Shown here: in pieces, positions 50,907 through 59,673 of the stretch
Layout of the letters: every line of letters begins with the position of its first letter
Position numbering within the stretch: the stretch's first letter is position 1
Source: an uncultured Desulfosarcina sp.
GTDB taxonomy: Bacteria > Desulfobacterota > Desulfobacteria > Desulfobacterales > Desulfosarcinaceae
Direction of reading: 5' to 3'
Assembly: GCA_963674945.2 (NCBI GenBank)
Contig: CAXXWQ010000002.1
Coordinates: 288,001 to 352,000, forward strand
DNA length: 64,000 nt
Translations under genes and position numbers: made by a program
Notes under the pieces: generated by a model
What the model saw: the letters and a program-made list of their open reading frames with translations, nothing else
What the model was told of the DNA's origin: nothing
Databases searched by the model: none

Positions 50907-51130
50907 CCGTTGTCGGGCGGCACCGAATCAAAAATACGAAAACCGGCTGTTCCCATCGGCAATTTGTTCATCTCCGGACATCGTCCCTGTCAAATTCTTA
51001 TTTTTTTTCTCAAGATTTCTTATTTTGATCCGAGAAAAACAGCATTCATTGATTGATGATTACCCCGAAAAGTTGATGTTCAACCATATTTTTGTCCGAA
51101 CGCACCGTTGGTGTCAGAAAAAGGAAAAAA

Positions 51131-52639
51131 ATGACTGTCCAGCTGCAGATCGATCCCATCACCCGCATCGAAGGCCACATGGCCGTCAACATTACCGTCG
51201 ATTCTCATCGTGTCATCGAAGCGCATAGCAAAGGCGAAATGTTTCGCGGGTTTGAAGTCATTTTAAAGGGCCGCGATCCCATGGATGCCCAGCAGATCAC
51301 CCAGCGGATCTGCGGCGTCTGCCCGGTGTCCCACGGTACCGCCTCCATTTTGGCCCAGGATGCCGCTTACGGCGTATTGCCGACGGAAAACGGCCGACTG
51401 CTTCGAAATCTGATTCTCGGCGCCAATTACATTCAATCCCACATCATTCATTTTTATCAGCTCAGCGCGTTGGACTACATCGATATTACGGCCATCTGTC
51501 AATACACTGGACGTGATCCGCTCCTGCAGGATCTCAAATCCTGGGTCGAATCCGGGCAAAAGGCCAATGTGCTATACCCGGCGGCGCCCTTTTTACCGCG
51601 CTACGACGGCGATTACATCCCTGACACCGAACTGAATCTATCGGCCATCCATCATTACCTGAAATCCCTTGAGATGCGCGCTTTGGCGCACCAGATGGGA
51701 GCGCTCTTTTCCGGTAAATTGCCCCACGCGGCCAGCCTTGTGCCCGGCGGCGTCACCGAAGTCGTGACCGCCCATAAAATTGCGGCCTGCAAAAGCATGC
51801 TGACAAAACTGCGGCAATTCATCGATTCCACCTATTTGCCCGACGTCCTGGCGGTCGCTTCCGCCTATCCGGAATATTTTGAAATCGGAAAGGGGCCGAA
51901 AAATTTGCTTTCCTATGGTGTCTTTTCCGAAAAGGATGCCACAACCTTTGTCCCGGACGGGGTATGGATGGACGACCGGCTCCACGGATTTGATAGGGAA
52001 AAGATCACCGAAGACGCCTCCCATGCCTTTTACCGGGCCAACCAACCGTTCGCCCCGGACGCGGGAGAGACACAACCGGCTCCGGACAAAAAGGGCGCCT
52101 ACTCCTGGGTCAAGGCACCGCGTTACGATGGACATGTGTTCGAGGTGGGACCACTGGCGCGCATGTGGATCGCATATAAAAAGCAGCCAAGTTCCGATAT
52201 CGGCATATGGATGGGCCGTCTTTTGGATCGACTGGATCGTGATCCGGCGGATCTGTTTTCCACCATGGGGCGTCACGCCACTCGGGCGTTGGAGTGCAAA
52301 CTCGTGGCCCAGCGCTGCGAACAATGGCTGTCCCAACTCAAACCGGGGGAATCTGCATGCAATGATTTTCGCATTCCCGAAACGGGTGTCGGGATCGGTC
52401 TCACGGAGGCCCCGCGGGGGGCGTTGGGACACTGGTTGAAGATAAAGAACCATAAGATTCACCGCTATCAGTGTGTGGTCCCCACCACCTGGAATTGTTC
52501 TCCCAGGGATGGAAAGGGTCAGCCCGGTGCCGTGGAGCAGGCATTGGTCGATACCCCCATCGGCGATGAGAAAAATCCCATTGAAGCGGTCCGGGTCGTT
52601 CGTTCTTTTGATCCGTGCCTGGCATGTGCCGTTCATTAA
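51131..52639 (+). CDS. [NiFe]-hydrogenase large subunit
   Basis: DPITRIEGH; L1 RICGVCPVSH; EAPRG; L2 SFDPCLACAVH followed immediately by TAA. Confidence 0.96.
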   Translation: MTVQLQIDPITRIEGHMAVNITVDSHRVIEAHSKGEMFRGFEVILKGRDPMDAQQITQRICGVCPVSHGTASILAQDAAYGVLPTENGRLLRNLILGANYIQSHIIHFYQLSALDYIDITAICQYTGRDPLLQDLKSWVESGQKANVLYPAAPFLPRYDGDYIPDTELNLSAIHHYLKSLEMRALAHQMGALFSGKLPHAASLVPGGVTEVVTAHKIAACKSMLTKLRQFIDSTYLPDVLAVASAYPEYFEIGKGPKNLLSYGVFSEKDATTFVPDGVWMDDRLHGFDREKITEDASHAFYRANQPFAPDAGETQPAPDKKGAYSWVKAPRYDGHVFEVGPLARMWIAYKKQPSSDIGIWMGRLLDRLDRDPADLFSTMGRHATRALECKLVAQRCEQWLSQLKPGESACNDFRIPETGVGIGLTEAPRGALGHWLKIKNHKIHRYQCVVPTTWNCSPRDGKGQPGAVEQALVDTPIGDEKNPIEAVRVVRSFDPCLACAVH

Positions 52640-52714
52640 GTAAATCTTTGTCCAGGGGTCTGGCTTTGGACTCCTCCTGAAAGGGTAGATGCACTGCGAA
52701 CACGGTAAACGTCA

Positions 52715-52966
52715 CAGGGGTCAGAAGCCAGTATTCAGGAGACAGAATGAATCTGAGTCGCTTCGCTCCGTCGATTGGATAATACGGTTCGAGCCGACCG
52801 AAGGCGAATACCTTATTCTCGTATCTGACTTCATTTTCCCGAAGTCAGGTTTTAGTTCAAACCGGTTGAAAGCCGGCGGCAGCGCTGAATTCTGACTCCA
52901 GGATTCTTGTAAAAATCATACGGCAGAGCCAATGAAATTTGACTTGGTCCAGAGGGCCAGGTTTTC
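52715..52966 (-). repeat. Host repeat family A, copy 3 (reverse orientation, carries the 65-bp insert)
   Basis: GTCGCTTCGCTCCGTCGATTGGA...CCGAAGGCGAATAC is the reverse complement of the copy 1 core. Confidence 0.85.
52820..52884. mobile_element. 65-bp mini-element flanked by CT on both sides, copy 2
   Basis: Identical to 16277-16341; followed by the same CTGAATTCTGACT. Confidence 0.75.
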
Positions 52967-52989
52967 TACAACTCAATAAAAGGATTTCT

Positions 52990-53910
52990 ATGTCACCCAT
53001 TTCCCGAAGAGAATTTCTTTCCATCGGTGCAAAATTGGCCGCGATGATGAGCCTCTCACCGGTAGTCGTTGCCGATATCGCGGACGCATTGGAAAAATTG
53101 ACCACAGGTACGGTGCCGGTGGTATGGCTCCAGGGACAAAGCTGTTCGGGTTGCTCCGTCTCTTTGCTCAACGCGGACCATCCGGATCCGGCCGAGCTGT
53201 TGACCGGGTATATTTCCCTGATGTTTCACAGTACGCTCTCGGCGGCGACCGGCCATCGCGCCATGGACGTCGTCGACGACACCATCGCCGCCGGCGAGTT
53301 TCTCCTCGTCGTAGAGGGAAGCGTGCCGAGGAAAATGCCCAGTGCATGTGTAATGGGGGAAAAGTCCATCGCGGAGATGATTTTGCAGGCTGCCCGTCGG
53401 GCCAAGGCCGTCGTTGCCGCAGGGACCTGTGCGGCCCATGGCGGGATTCCCGCTGCCGAAAACAATCCCACCGGTGCCGTCGGGGTTCCCCAATTCCTTG
53501 CGGAAAGCGGCGTGAATCGCCCGGTCATTGCCATTCCCGGGTGCCCGATGCATCCCGACTGGCTGGTGGGCACCTTGGTTCACGTGATTCAATTCGGTAT
53601 TCCCGCACTGGACGCCATGGGGCGGCCGAAGGTGTTTTTCGACACCCTTGTTCATGATCAATGTCCCCGGTTTGCCGACTACGAGCGGGAGAAGTTCGCC
53701 AAGGCCTTTGGTGAACCGGGATGCCTTTTCAAGCTGGGATGCGTCGGTCCCAATACCCATGCGGACTGTTCTACGCGAATGTGGAACGCCGGCACCAATT
53801 TTTGTATCAAATCAGGCGCTCCCTGCATCGGATGTACCGAGGAAACCTTTGCCCGGCACGTCAACTTTCCCTTTTACCGAAAAAACGAAGATCTGACTTC
53901 TCAGGGATGA
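52990..53910 (+). CDS. [NiFe]-hydrogenase small subunit, Tat-exported
   Basis: Tat motif SRREFL; CSGC, GTC, PGCP, HDQC, CLFKLGC and ADC...NFC...PCIGC cluster ligands; no C-terminal TM helix. Confidence 0.95.
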   Translation: MSPISRREFLSIGAKLAAMMSLSPVVVADIADALEKLTTGTVPVVWLQGQSCSGCSVSLLNADHPDPAELLTGYISLMFHSTLSAATGHRAMDVVDDTIAAGEFLLVVEGSVPRKMPSACVMGEKSIAEMILQAARRAKAVVAAGTCAAHGGIPAAENNPTGAVGVPQFLAESGVNRPVIAIPGCPMHPDWLVGTLVHVIQFGIPALDAMGRPKVFFDTLVHDQCPRFADYEREKFAKAFGEPGCLFKLGCVGPNTHADCSTRMWNAGTNFCIKSGAPCIGCTEETFARHVNFPFYRKNEDLTSQG

Positions 53911-53914
53911 ATCG

Positions 53915-55603
53915 ATGAAACTTCACACCAAACTCACTGTTTCCCTGGTCGTGGTGCTGATGGCCGTCATGGGTGGCGCCCTTGCATTTCAATATGGCGC
54001 CATGGACCGGCTTATCGCCGAATTTGCCAGTTCCAACGTTCAGCTGCTGAAAGAAAGGGAAGAGAGGGCCGCAGAAAATATCTTCTCATCCATCGAACGG
54101 GCCGTGGCAGGTTCCCTGGAACGTGGAGAGATGGAAAAGTTCAGCCGAATCCTGCAGCAACAGCGAAATGTCCGTGGTTTGATGGAATTCTCTCTCCATG
54201 ACCGGCAAGGTGTGGTCACCCATTCATCCAATGATCAATTCCTGAAAAAAACCTTGCCAAAACACATCCAGGATCGTTTGGGTCGCCAGACGGACATGGA
54301 ACTGACATGGACCGATGACGCCGTATCCATATTCAAACCGCTGTTGGTCAACAATGATTGCGTTCGCTGTCATGTGGGGTGGCAACCCGGTGAGATCGGC
54401 GGCGTCCTTCATTTCCGTTTTTCCAAGCAGACGTTGGCGCGGGCCGAAGCGCAGGCCGCGGATATCGTTTCCACCATTCACGCCTTCATGATGAAATACG
54501 TCGTGGCGACGTTGTCGGTCGTCGTGCTGGTCCTGGTCATCGGGATTCACCTTCTGGTTACCCGGTACGTGTCCAAACCCCTTACGCGGATCAACGTGCG
54601 GCTCCACGATATCGCCGAAGGCGGTGGTGATCTGACGGCACGCATCGATGTCACGGGTCGTGACGAAATCGGCAGATTGGCCATCTCGTTCAACACCTTC
54701 ATCGAAAAACTGCAGGAGATGATTGGTCGAATTGGAAAAAATGCGGTGGTGCTGCACGACTCCTCCAGCCGGCTTTTCGAACTGTCGGACCAGATTTCCC
54801 GGGAGGCCAACCAAATGTCGTCGCGATCCCGAAGCGCTGCCGCGGAGATTTCCCGCATGAACGACGGCATGACTTCGGCCGCCTCCATCATGGCGCGTTC
54901 ATCATCCAATGTCGGCGACATGTCCAGTTCAACGGAACAGATGAACAGCCATATCGATGCCATCGTTCAGAGTACGGAAAACGCCCATCGGGTCAGCGAA
55001 GAAGCCGTGGAAAAGACCAAAAATGCCACGATCATGATGGAAGAGCTGGACACGGCGGCAAAGGACATCGTCTCGGTCACCCAGACCATCACCGACATCT
55101 CTGAACAGACCAACCTGCTGGCCTTGAATGCCACAATCGAGGCTGCGCGTGCCGGCGAGGCGGGAAAAGGGTTTGCCGTCGTGGCCAATGAGATCAAGGA
55201 GCTGGCCAAACAAACCGCCGAATCGACAAGATCGATACACGATAAGAACCTGAGAATCCAACAGTCGTCCAATCGAACGATGCAGGAGATCGAGGCGGTC
55301 AGTCAGACCATTGCCAATGTCAACGAGATCGTCTCTTCCATCGCATCGTCCATCCAGGAGCAGTCTCTGTTGACCCAGCAGATCGCCAATAACATTTCCC
55401 AGGCAACCGAAGGGATTCTGGACGCCACGACCAATGTCACGGAGAGCGCCCAGGAGAATGAAAAAATCGTCGAAAAAATTTCATCGGTCAATGTGGCGGC
55501 AGAGCAGGTGGCCAAGAACAACCAGAGTATCAACCAAAACGCCGATGAGATGGTATCTTTGGCCAAGCAGCTCAAGGATATGGTGGGGAGATTTACAGTG
55601 TAG
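53915..55603 (+). CDS. Methyl-accepting chemotaxis protein with periplasmic CxxCH heme c motif
   Basis: TM1-sensor (CVRCH)-TM2, HAMP (GDLT..DEIG.LA..FN) and signalling tip [27 protein letters not shown]. Confidence 0.95.
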   Translation: MKLHTKLTVSLVVVLMAVMGGALAFQYGAMDRLIAEFASSNVQLLKEREERAAENIFSSIERAVAGSLERGEMEKFSRILQQQRNVRGLMEFSLHDRQGVVTHSSNDQFLKKTLPKHIQDRLGRQTDMELTWTDDAVSIFKPLLVNNDCVRCHVGWQPGEIGGVLHFRFSKQTLARAEAQAADIVSTIHAFMMKYVVATLSVVVLVLVIGIHLLVTRYVSKPLTRINVRLHDIAEGGGDLTARIDVTGRDEIGRLAISFNTFIEKLQEMIGRIGKNAVVLHDSSSRLFELSDQISREANQMSSRSRSAAAEISRMNDGMTSAASIMARSSSNVGDMSSSTEQMNSHIDAIVQSTENAHRVSEEAVEKTKNATIMMEELDTAAKDIVSVTQTITDISEQTNLLALNATIEAARAGEAGKGFAVVANEIKELAKQTAESTRSIHDKNLRIQQSSNRTMQEIEAVSQTIANVNEIVSSIASSIQEQSLLTQQIANNISQATEGILDATTNVTESAQENEKIVEKISSVNVAAEQVAKNNQSINQNADEMVSLAKQLKDMVGRFTV

Positions 55604-55619
55604 AATTTTTTTAGGTGAA

Positions 55620-55810
55620 GAAAAACTATGTCCTCTGAGACTAGGTCATCGTTCATTGGCTTTGCCGAACGATTGTTAGAAAAATCCAGGAGTCAGAATT
55701 CAGAATCCAGAATAATGTATTCGCCTTCGGCTCGATCTATCTTATTCAATCGATTAAGCGAAGCGACATCAAATTTCATTCTGGCTCCTAAATACTGTCT
55801 TCTGACTCCT
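55620..55810 (+). repeat. Host repeat family A, copy 4
   Basis: CAGGAGTCAGAATTCAGAATCCAG-GTATTCGCCTTCGGCTCGATC...AGCGAAGCGAC...TTCTGGCTCCT...TTCTGACTCCT. Confidence 0.85.
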
Positions 55811-55993
55811 GCAGCTCCCCCGCGACCGTAGCGCATCACACTTTCCAAGGGGCGCCTAAAGCCTGACCAACTGGCTCCCGTTTTTACTTTCCTTTTCCCA
55901 CCGGACTTGAAAAAATTCAACTTTGTTTGGTATTACCAGAGGCGATTTCATCCCTGCCGGATCTGTTTCGGCAATCGTCGTGTGGAAAAGACT

Positions 55994-56362
55994 ATGGTGC
56001 GACACAAGGATCGAGGTACCAGACTGGTTTACTCAACGCAGGACGGCAGGATCTGTCCTCGGTGTAACAAACAGTTCACCCATTGTCTTTGCGGGAAAAA
56101 TCAGATCCGGCATGCGATTGATGATGGCGTGGTTCGGATTGGACGTTCCACCAAAGGGCGCAAAGGAAAAGGGGTCACCACCATCTCCGGTATCCCAGCA
56201 GATGGTGAAGGACTGAAATCACTGGCCAAGAAGTTGAAGCAGAAATGCGGCAGCGGCGGGACGGTTAAGGACGGAACCATCGAGATCCAGGGAGACCACC
56301 GGGACGTATTGGTGGCCGAACTGAAAGCCATGGGATATCGCGTAAAAAGATCGGGAGGGTGA
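55994..56362 (+). CDS. yciH: Translation initiation factor SUI1/YciH
   Basis: LVYST, KGRKGKGVT and LKQKCGSGGTVKDG.IEIQGDHRD motifs. Confidence 0.92.
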   Translation: MVRHKDRGTRLVYSTQDGRICPRCNKQFTHCLCGKNQIRHAIDDGVVRIGRSTKGRKGKGVTTISGIPADGEGLKSLAKKLKQKCGSGGTVKDGTIEIQGDHRDVLVAELKAMGYRVKRSGG

Positions 56363-56366
56363 CGCA

Positions 56367-57041
56367 TTGAACGATTCGAGGCCCCGTACTTTTCAAGCCG
56401 TGATCTTCGACCTGGACGGGACACTGCTGGACACCCTTGCCGACATCGGTGATTCGGTGAATCAAATGCTGGCGGAATATGGGTTTCCCAACCACACAAT
56501 GGACGATTACCGGAACTTTATCGGAAACGGTATTCAGATGCTGGTGACCCGTGCCTTGCCCGTGGACGGCAGAACCGACGAGGTGGTCGGCGCCTGTGTT
56601 CGTCGCGCCCGTGAAATCTATTGGGAAAATTGGAATCGCAAGACCCGTCCCTACGACGGCATCATGAACCTATTGGAACGGTTGGAGACCATGGGCGTGC
56701 CCAAAGCGGTGCTTTCCAATAAACCCCATGATTTCACCGTTCGATACATAAAGTCCTATTTCCCTGGTATCTTTTTTGCCACTGTCATGGGGCAAAACGA
56801 CCAGTTTCCCGTCAAGCCCGATCCGGCAGCTGCCCTGGAGGTCGCCAGACGCATGGGTTTGCCGCCACGGGCCTTTCTCTTCGTGGGGGACAGCACCGTG
56901 GATGTAAAGACCGCCAATGCCGCCGGTATGCATCCCGTGGGCGTCTCGTGGGGATTCAAGGGGCCTGCGGCGCTCGTGGATATGGGATGTCAGACCCTCG
57001 TGCAGCATCCATCCGAAATCATCAAATTGATTCAGTCCTGA
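56367..57041 (+). CDS. HAD family hydrolase (phosphoglycolate phosphatase-like)
   Basis: FDLDGTLLDT, SNK, KPDP and VGDS..D motifs. Confidence 0.9.
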   Translation: MNDSRPRTFQAVIFDLDGTLLDTLADIGDSVNQMLAEYGFPNHTMDDYRNFIGNGIQMLVTRALPVDGRTDEVVGACVRRAREIYWENWNRKTRPYDGIMNLLERLETMGVPKAVLSNKPHDFTVRYIKSYFPGIFFATVMGQNDQFPVKPDPAAALEVARRMGLPPRAFLFVGDSTVDVKTANAAGMHPVGVSWGFKGPAALVDMGCQTLVQHPSEIIKLIQS

Positions 57042-57130
57042 AAATCTGGTCCGCCGGTCCGGATCTAAATCGTGTCCATCCGGAAATGGCCAATTTGCCC
57101 GATATCGGACTTTTTATGAAGCCGTCAAAT

Positions 57131-57475
57131 TTACTGCGATTCTTCCGCCTCCAGGGCAGTGTGTAAAATTCCGCAGAGATTGGTCAGTTCCTTTTGCATT
57201 TCCAACAATTTTCCCTGCATCAATGTCCCTAACACCGCCATCCGTCCCTGCTGATTGCCGGCTTGATCCAGCAACCGATCGATTTCCGCCTGCTCCTGCC
57301 GAAGGTGTGGATGTTTTTCTAAAAATTTTTCCCTTTCGGCCAAGGCAGCCTGCAGGTTGTTTCTGACCAATGCGGGGGCATGATTTTGGGGGGTGCCGCC
57401 GCTGTTCATGTGTTCTTGCATTCCTTCTTCGAATCCTTTCCACGAGATCGCACGATTCAAACTCGCATCTGCCAT
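57131..57475 (-). CDS. Small helical hypothetical protein
   Basis: Natural-looking helical ORF (ALAEREKFLEKHPHLRQEQAEIDRLL); start uncertain. Confidence 0.55.
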   Translation of the reverse strand: MADASLNRAISWKGFEEGMQEHMNSGGTPQNHAPALVRNNLQAALAEREKFLEKHPHLRQEQAEIDRLLDQAGNQQGRMAVLGTLMQGKLLEMQKELTNLCGILHTALEAEESQ

Positions 57476-57689
57476 CGCATTAAAAAAGGTAACGCTCCTG
57501 TAGTAATCCTTCTGTGGGGATGCAAAGCAAAACATGCGCCAAAACTTCTAATGGTTTTATATATAATTAAAACAAATGGATACACACTTCGGTGTAGCCG
57601 GCTGTGGAAGAAAAAAGGAAAAAAACAACCCATAACTATACGTTTTTATGTATTCTTATGGGAAATAAAATACACAATTGTTCGGTTCA

Positions 57690-58064
57690 GGAAACCTGGT
57701 CCGCTGGGCCAAGTCAAAAGATAAACGGCACTGCCATAGGACTGTTACAAGAATACAGGAGTCAGAAGTCAGAATCCAGAATTAGGCATTCGCCTTCGAC
57801 TCGATCCATCCATTGAAGAATAAATCCCAAATTACAAGCACCAAAAGCTAATGCAAATTCCAAATTACAAGCACCAAATAACAAACAAATCTCAAATCAC
57901 AATGATCAAATAGCAAACAAGCCCCAACGCCTATGTGAACTTGCCTTGTTCCACGTTCATCGTTTGGAATTTGGAAAATTGGTCATTGGAATTTATTTGT
58001 GATTTGGAATTTGGATATTGAGATTTTTACAATGATTGGAGCAAGGCGAAGTCAGATTTATCAT
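57690..58064 (+). repeat. Host repeat family A, copy 5, interrupted by an AT-rich heptamer inverted-repeat element (about 57822-58026)
   Basis: Left half CAGGAGTCAGAAGTCAGAATCCAG..CGCCTTCGACTCGATCC; then CAAATTACAAGCACCAAA-type arms versus TTTGGAATTTGG-type arms; then remnant GATTGGAGCAAGGCGA. Confidence 0.7.
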
Positions 58065-58094
58065 GTGCACATAAAACGAATCCCGAAAGTTGAC

Positions 58095-59618
58095 TTATTT
58101 ATGAAAGAAAGGAGCATGATTGGATGTGAAAAATGGCGGATCATTGGAGAGAATGGATCTTATGGCGGCCTGCTTTTTAAATTGCTTTGATAAAAAGCGT
58201 CTCACCCGTTGCCGGTCCCAGCCTTTTGGGTGGAGAAAGTCGCTGTACAAGGAGAGATCGCCGGCATAAAAGTCCAGTGTGGTCAGCTTCTCTGCATCCG
58301 GGCTTTCCCTGGGCAGGTTGAAGATGGCAAGATTGAGATAATCGATATATTTTGCGTTTCGTTTTGTAAATGTAAGGGTTTTTTTCGCACTCTCTTCGTC
58401 TTCCGCCGGGGTTCCGAAAAGCAGGTAGACGTAGATGGCGATGCCGGCACCGTGGATGACCCGGAGGGCCTTTTCCACCACCTGAACGTCGACTCCTTTT
58501 CCCAAGGCGTCCAGCACCCTCTGGTCTCCGGATTCCACCCCCACCTTTAGCATCACGCATCCCGAAGCCTTCAAGCCACGCACGAAATCGGGATCGGTCA
58601 GGTGCCGGGTGATACGCGTAAAGCCGTACCAGGAAACGCCGGGGGGATGGTTGATCAGGTGCTCCATGAACCGGGGGGACAGGGCGTTGTCCAGAAAATG
58701 AATCAGTCCGGCATGGATGTCCGTCGCGCTTCGTACGATATCCTTACCGACAATCCGCGGGGTCTCGGTCCTGTATGGCGAATCTTCCGCCGATTCCGGG
58801 CAGAAGGCGCACTTTTTCCAATAACATCCCCGTGAGGCGGCGTAGGGCAGGATGGGTACAGGGGACAGATAGGCGTCCATGTCAAAACCAGAATAGTCGT
58901 AGCCGGCAACGGGTCCGTTGTCCCGGGGTTGTCCCGCGCACAATCGAAGGAGACACTCTTCGCCGGGCCCGGAAATCCAGTCGTTCACCAACCCGGCAAA
59001 CCGCTCCGTCGGTTTCCCGATTCGCATCCAGCTGGTGACCAGCCCGCCCCCGCAGAGGATCGTCACCCGGGGAAGCTGCCGACGGATGTAGCCGATCATG
59101 GCAAAGGCACACAATGCCTGGCTCAAGAAATTGATGGAGACACCGACGATGTCCGGCTGCCGTTCATGGAACAGATTGCGCAGCCTTTGGGAGAATGCCG
59201 GGTAGAAGGGGTTTTGTGAAAACGATTCTGCCGATTGTATGAGATCCGTGCTACGGACCGGGCTTACGGTCGAAGAGACGTAGTTGGCCAGAGACAAGTT
59301 GACCCCGTGGGACCGGCCCGCCTCGAACAGGACGCGGTTGACGTCCATCACCGCCCGTTTGTAGCGGTCCCGGTTGGAATAAAGATCCGGTGTCCGAAGG
59401 GCGTTTACATTGGCGGAAAGATGGGCAACCGCGCGACGGGTCCAGGTGTCTTCGGCGGATGGGGGCCGACCGCGCATCTTTTCAATGCCGTGGATGCCGG
59501 CGTCGTAAAGCCGGCAGTCAACGCCATTGTTTTTCAAGGACCGGGCGAGCTTGGCAATTCCCGCCGGGGGCTCGCAGGGTTTGGTGATGGGCGGTGAGAT
59601 GAGGAGGATGGATTTCAA
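58095..59618 (-). CDS. B12-binding-type radical SAM protein
   Basis: N-terminal PP...PPAG, ASRGCYWKKCAFC and GVESG...L.KG motifs. Confidence 0.88.
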   Translation of the reverse strand: MKSILLISPPITKPCEPPAGIAKLARSLKNNGVDCRLYDAGIHGIEKMRGRPPSAEDTWTRRAVAHLSANVNALRTPDLYSNRDRYKRAVMDVNRVLFEAGRSHGVNLSLANYVSSTVSPVRSTDLIQSAESFSQNPFYPAFSQRLRNLFHERQPDIVGVSINFLSQALCAFAMIGYIRRQLPRVTILCGGGLVTSWMRIGKPTERFAGLVNDWISGPGEECLLRLCAGQPRDNGPVAGYDYSGFDMDAYLSPVPILPYAASRGCYWKKCAFCPESAEDSPYRTETPRIVGKDIVRSATDIHAGLIHFLDNALSPRFMEHLINHPPGVSWYGFTRITRHLTDPDFVRGLKASGCVMLKVGVESGDQRVLDALGKGVDVQVVEKALRVIHGAGIAIYVYLLFGTPAEDEESAKKTLTFTKRNAKYIDYLNLAIFNLPRESPDAEKLTTLDFYAGDLSLYSDFLHPKGWDRQRVRRFLSKQFKKQAAIRSILSNDPPFFTSNHAPFFHK

Positions 59619-59673
59619 TATTCAACGTTCGATGTTGGGAGTTCGATGTTCGACGTTCAAATAGCCATGGTTT

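Noticed and set aside
50649..51131. tatA co-transcribed with the hydrogenase
   Set aside because: A strong hairpin plus T-run at 50867-50906 and a 300-bp gap suggest separate transcripts; the adjacency is only suggestive.
52604..52639. [NiFeSe] hydrogenase or selenocysteine read-through
   Set aside because: The L2 motif encodes Cys (TGC), and the stop is TAA after the His.
57510..57560. c-di-GMP-I riboswitch (GGGATGCAAAGC; also GGCAAAC near 18441)
   Set aside because: Only partial motifs; the required P2 GNRA stem and P3 arrangement are not present.
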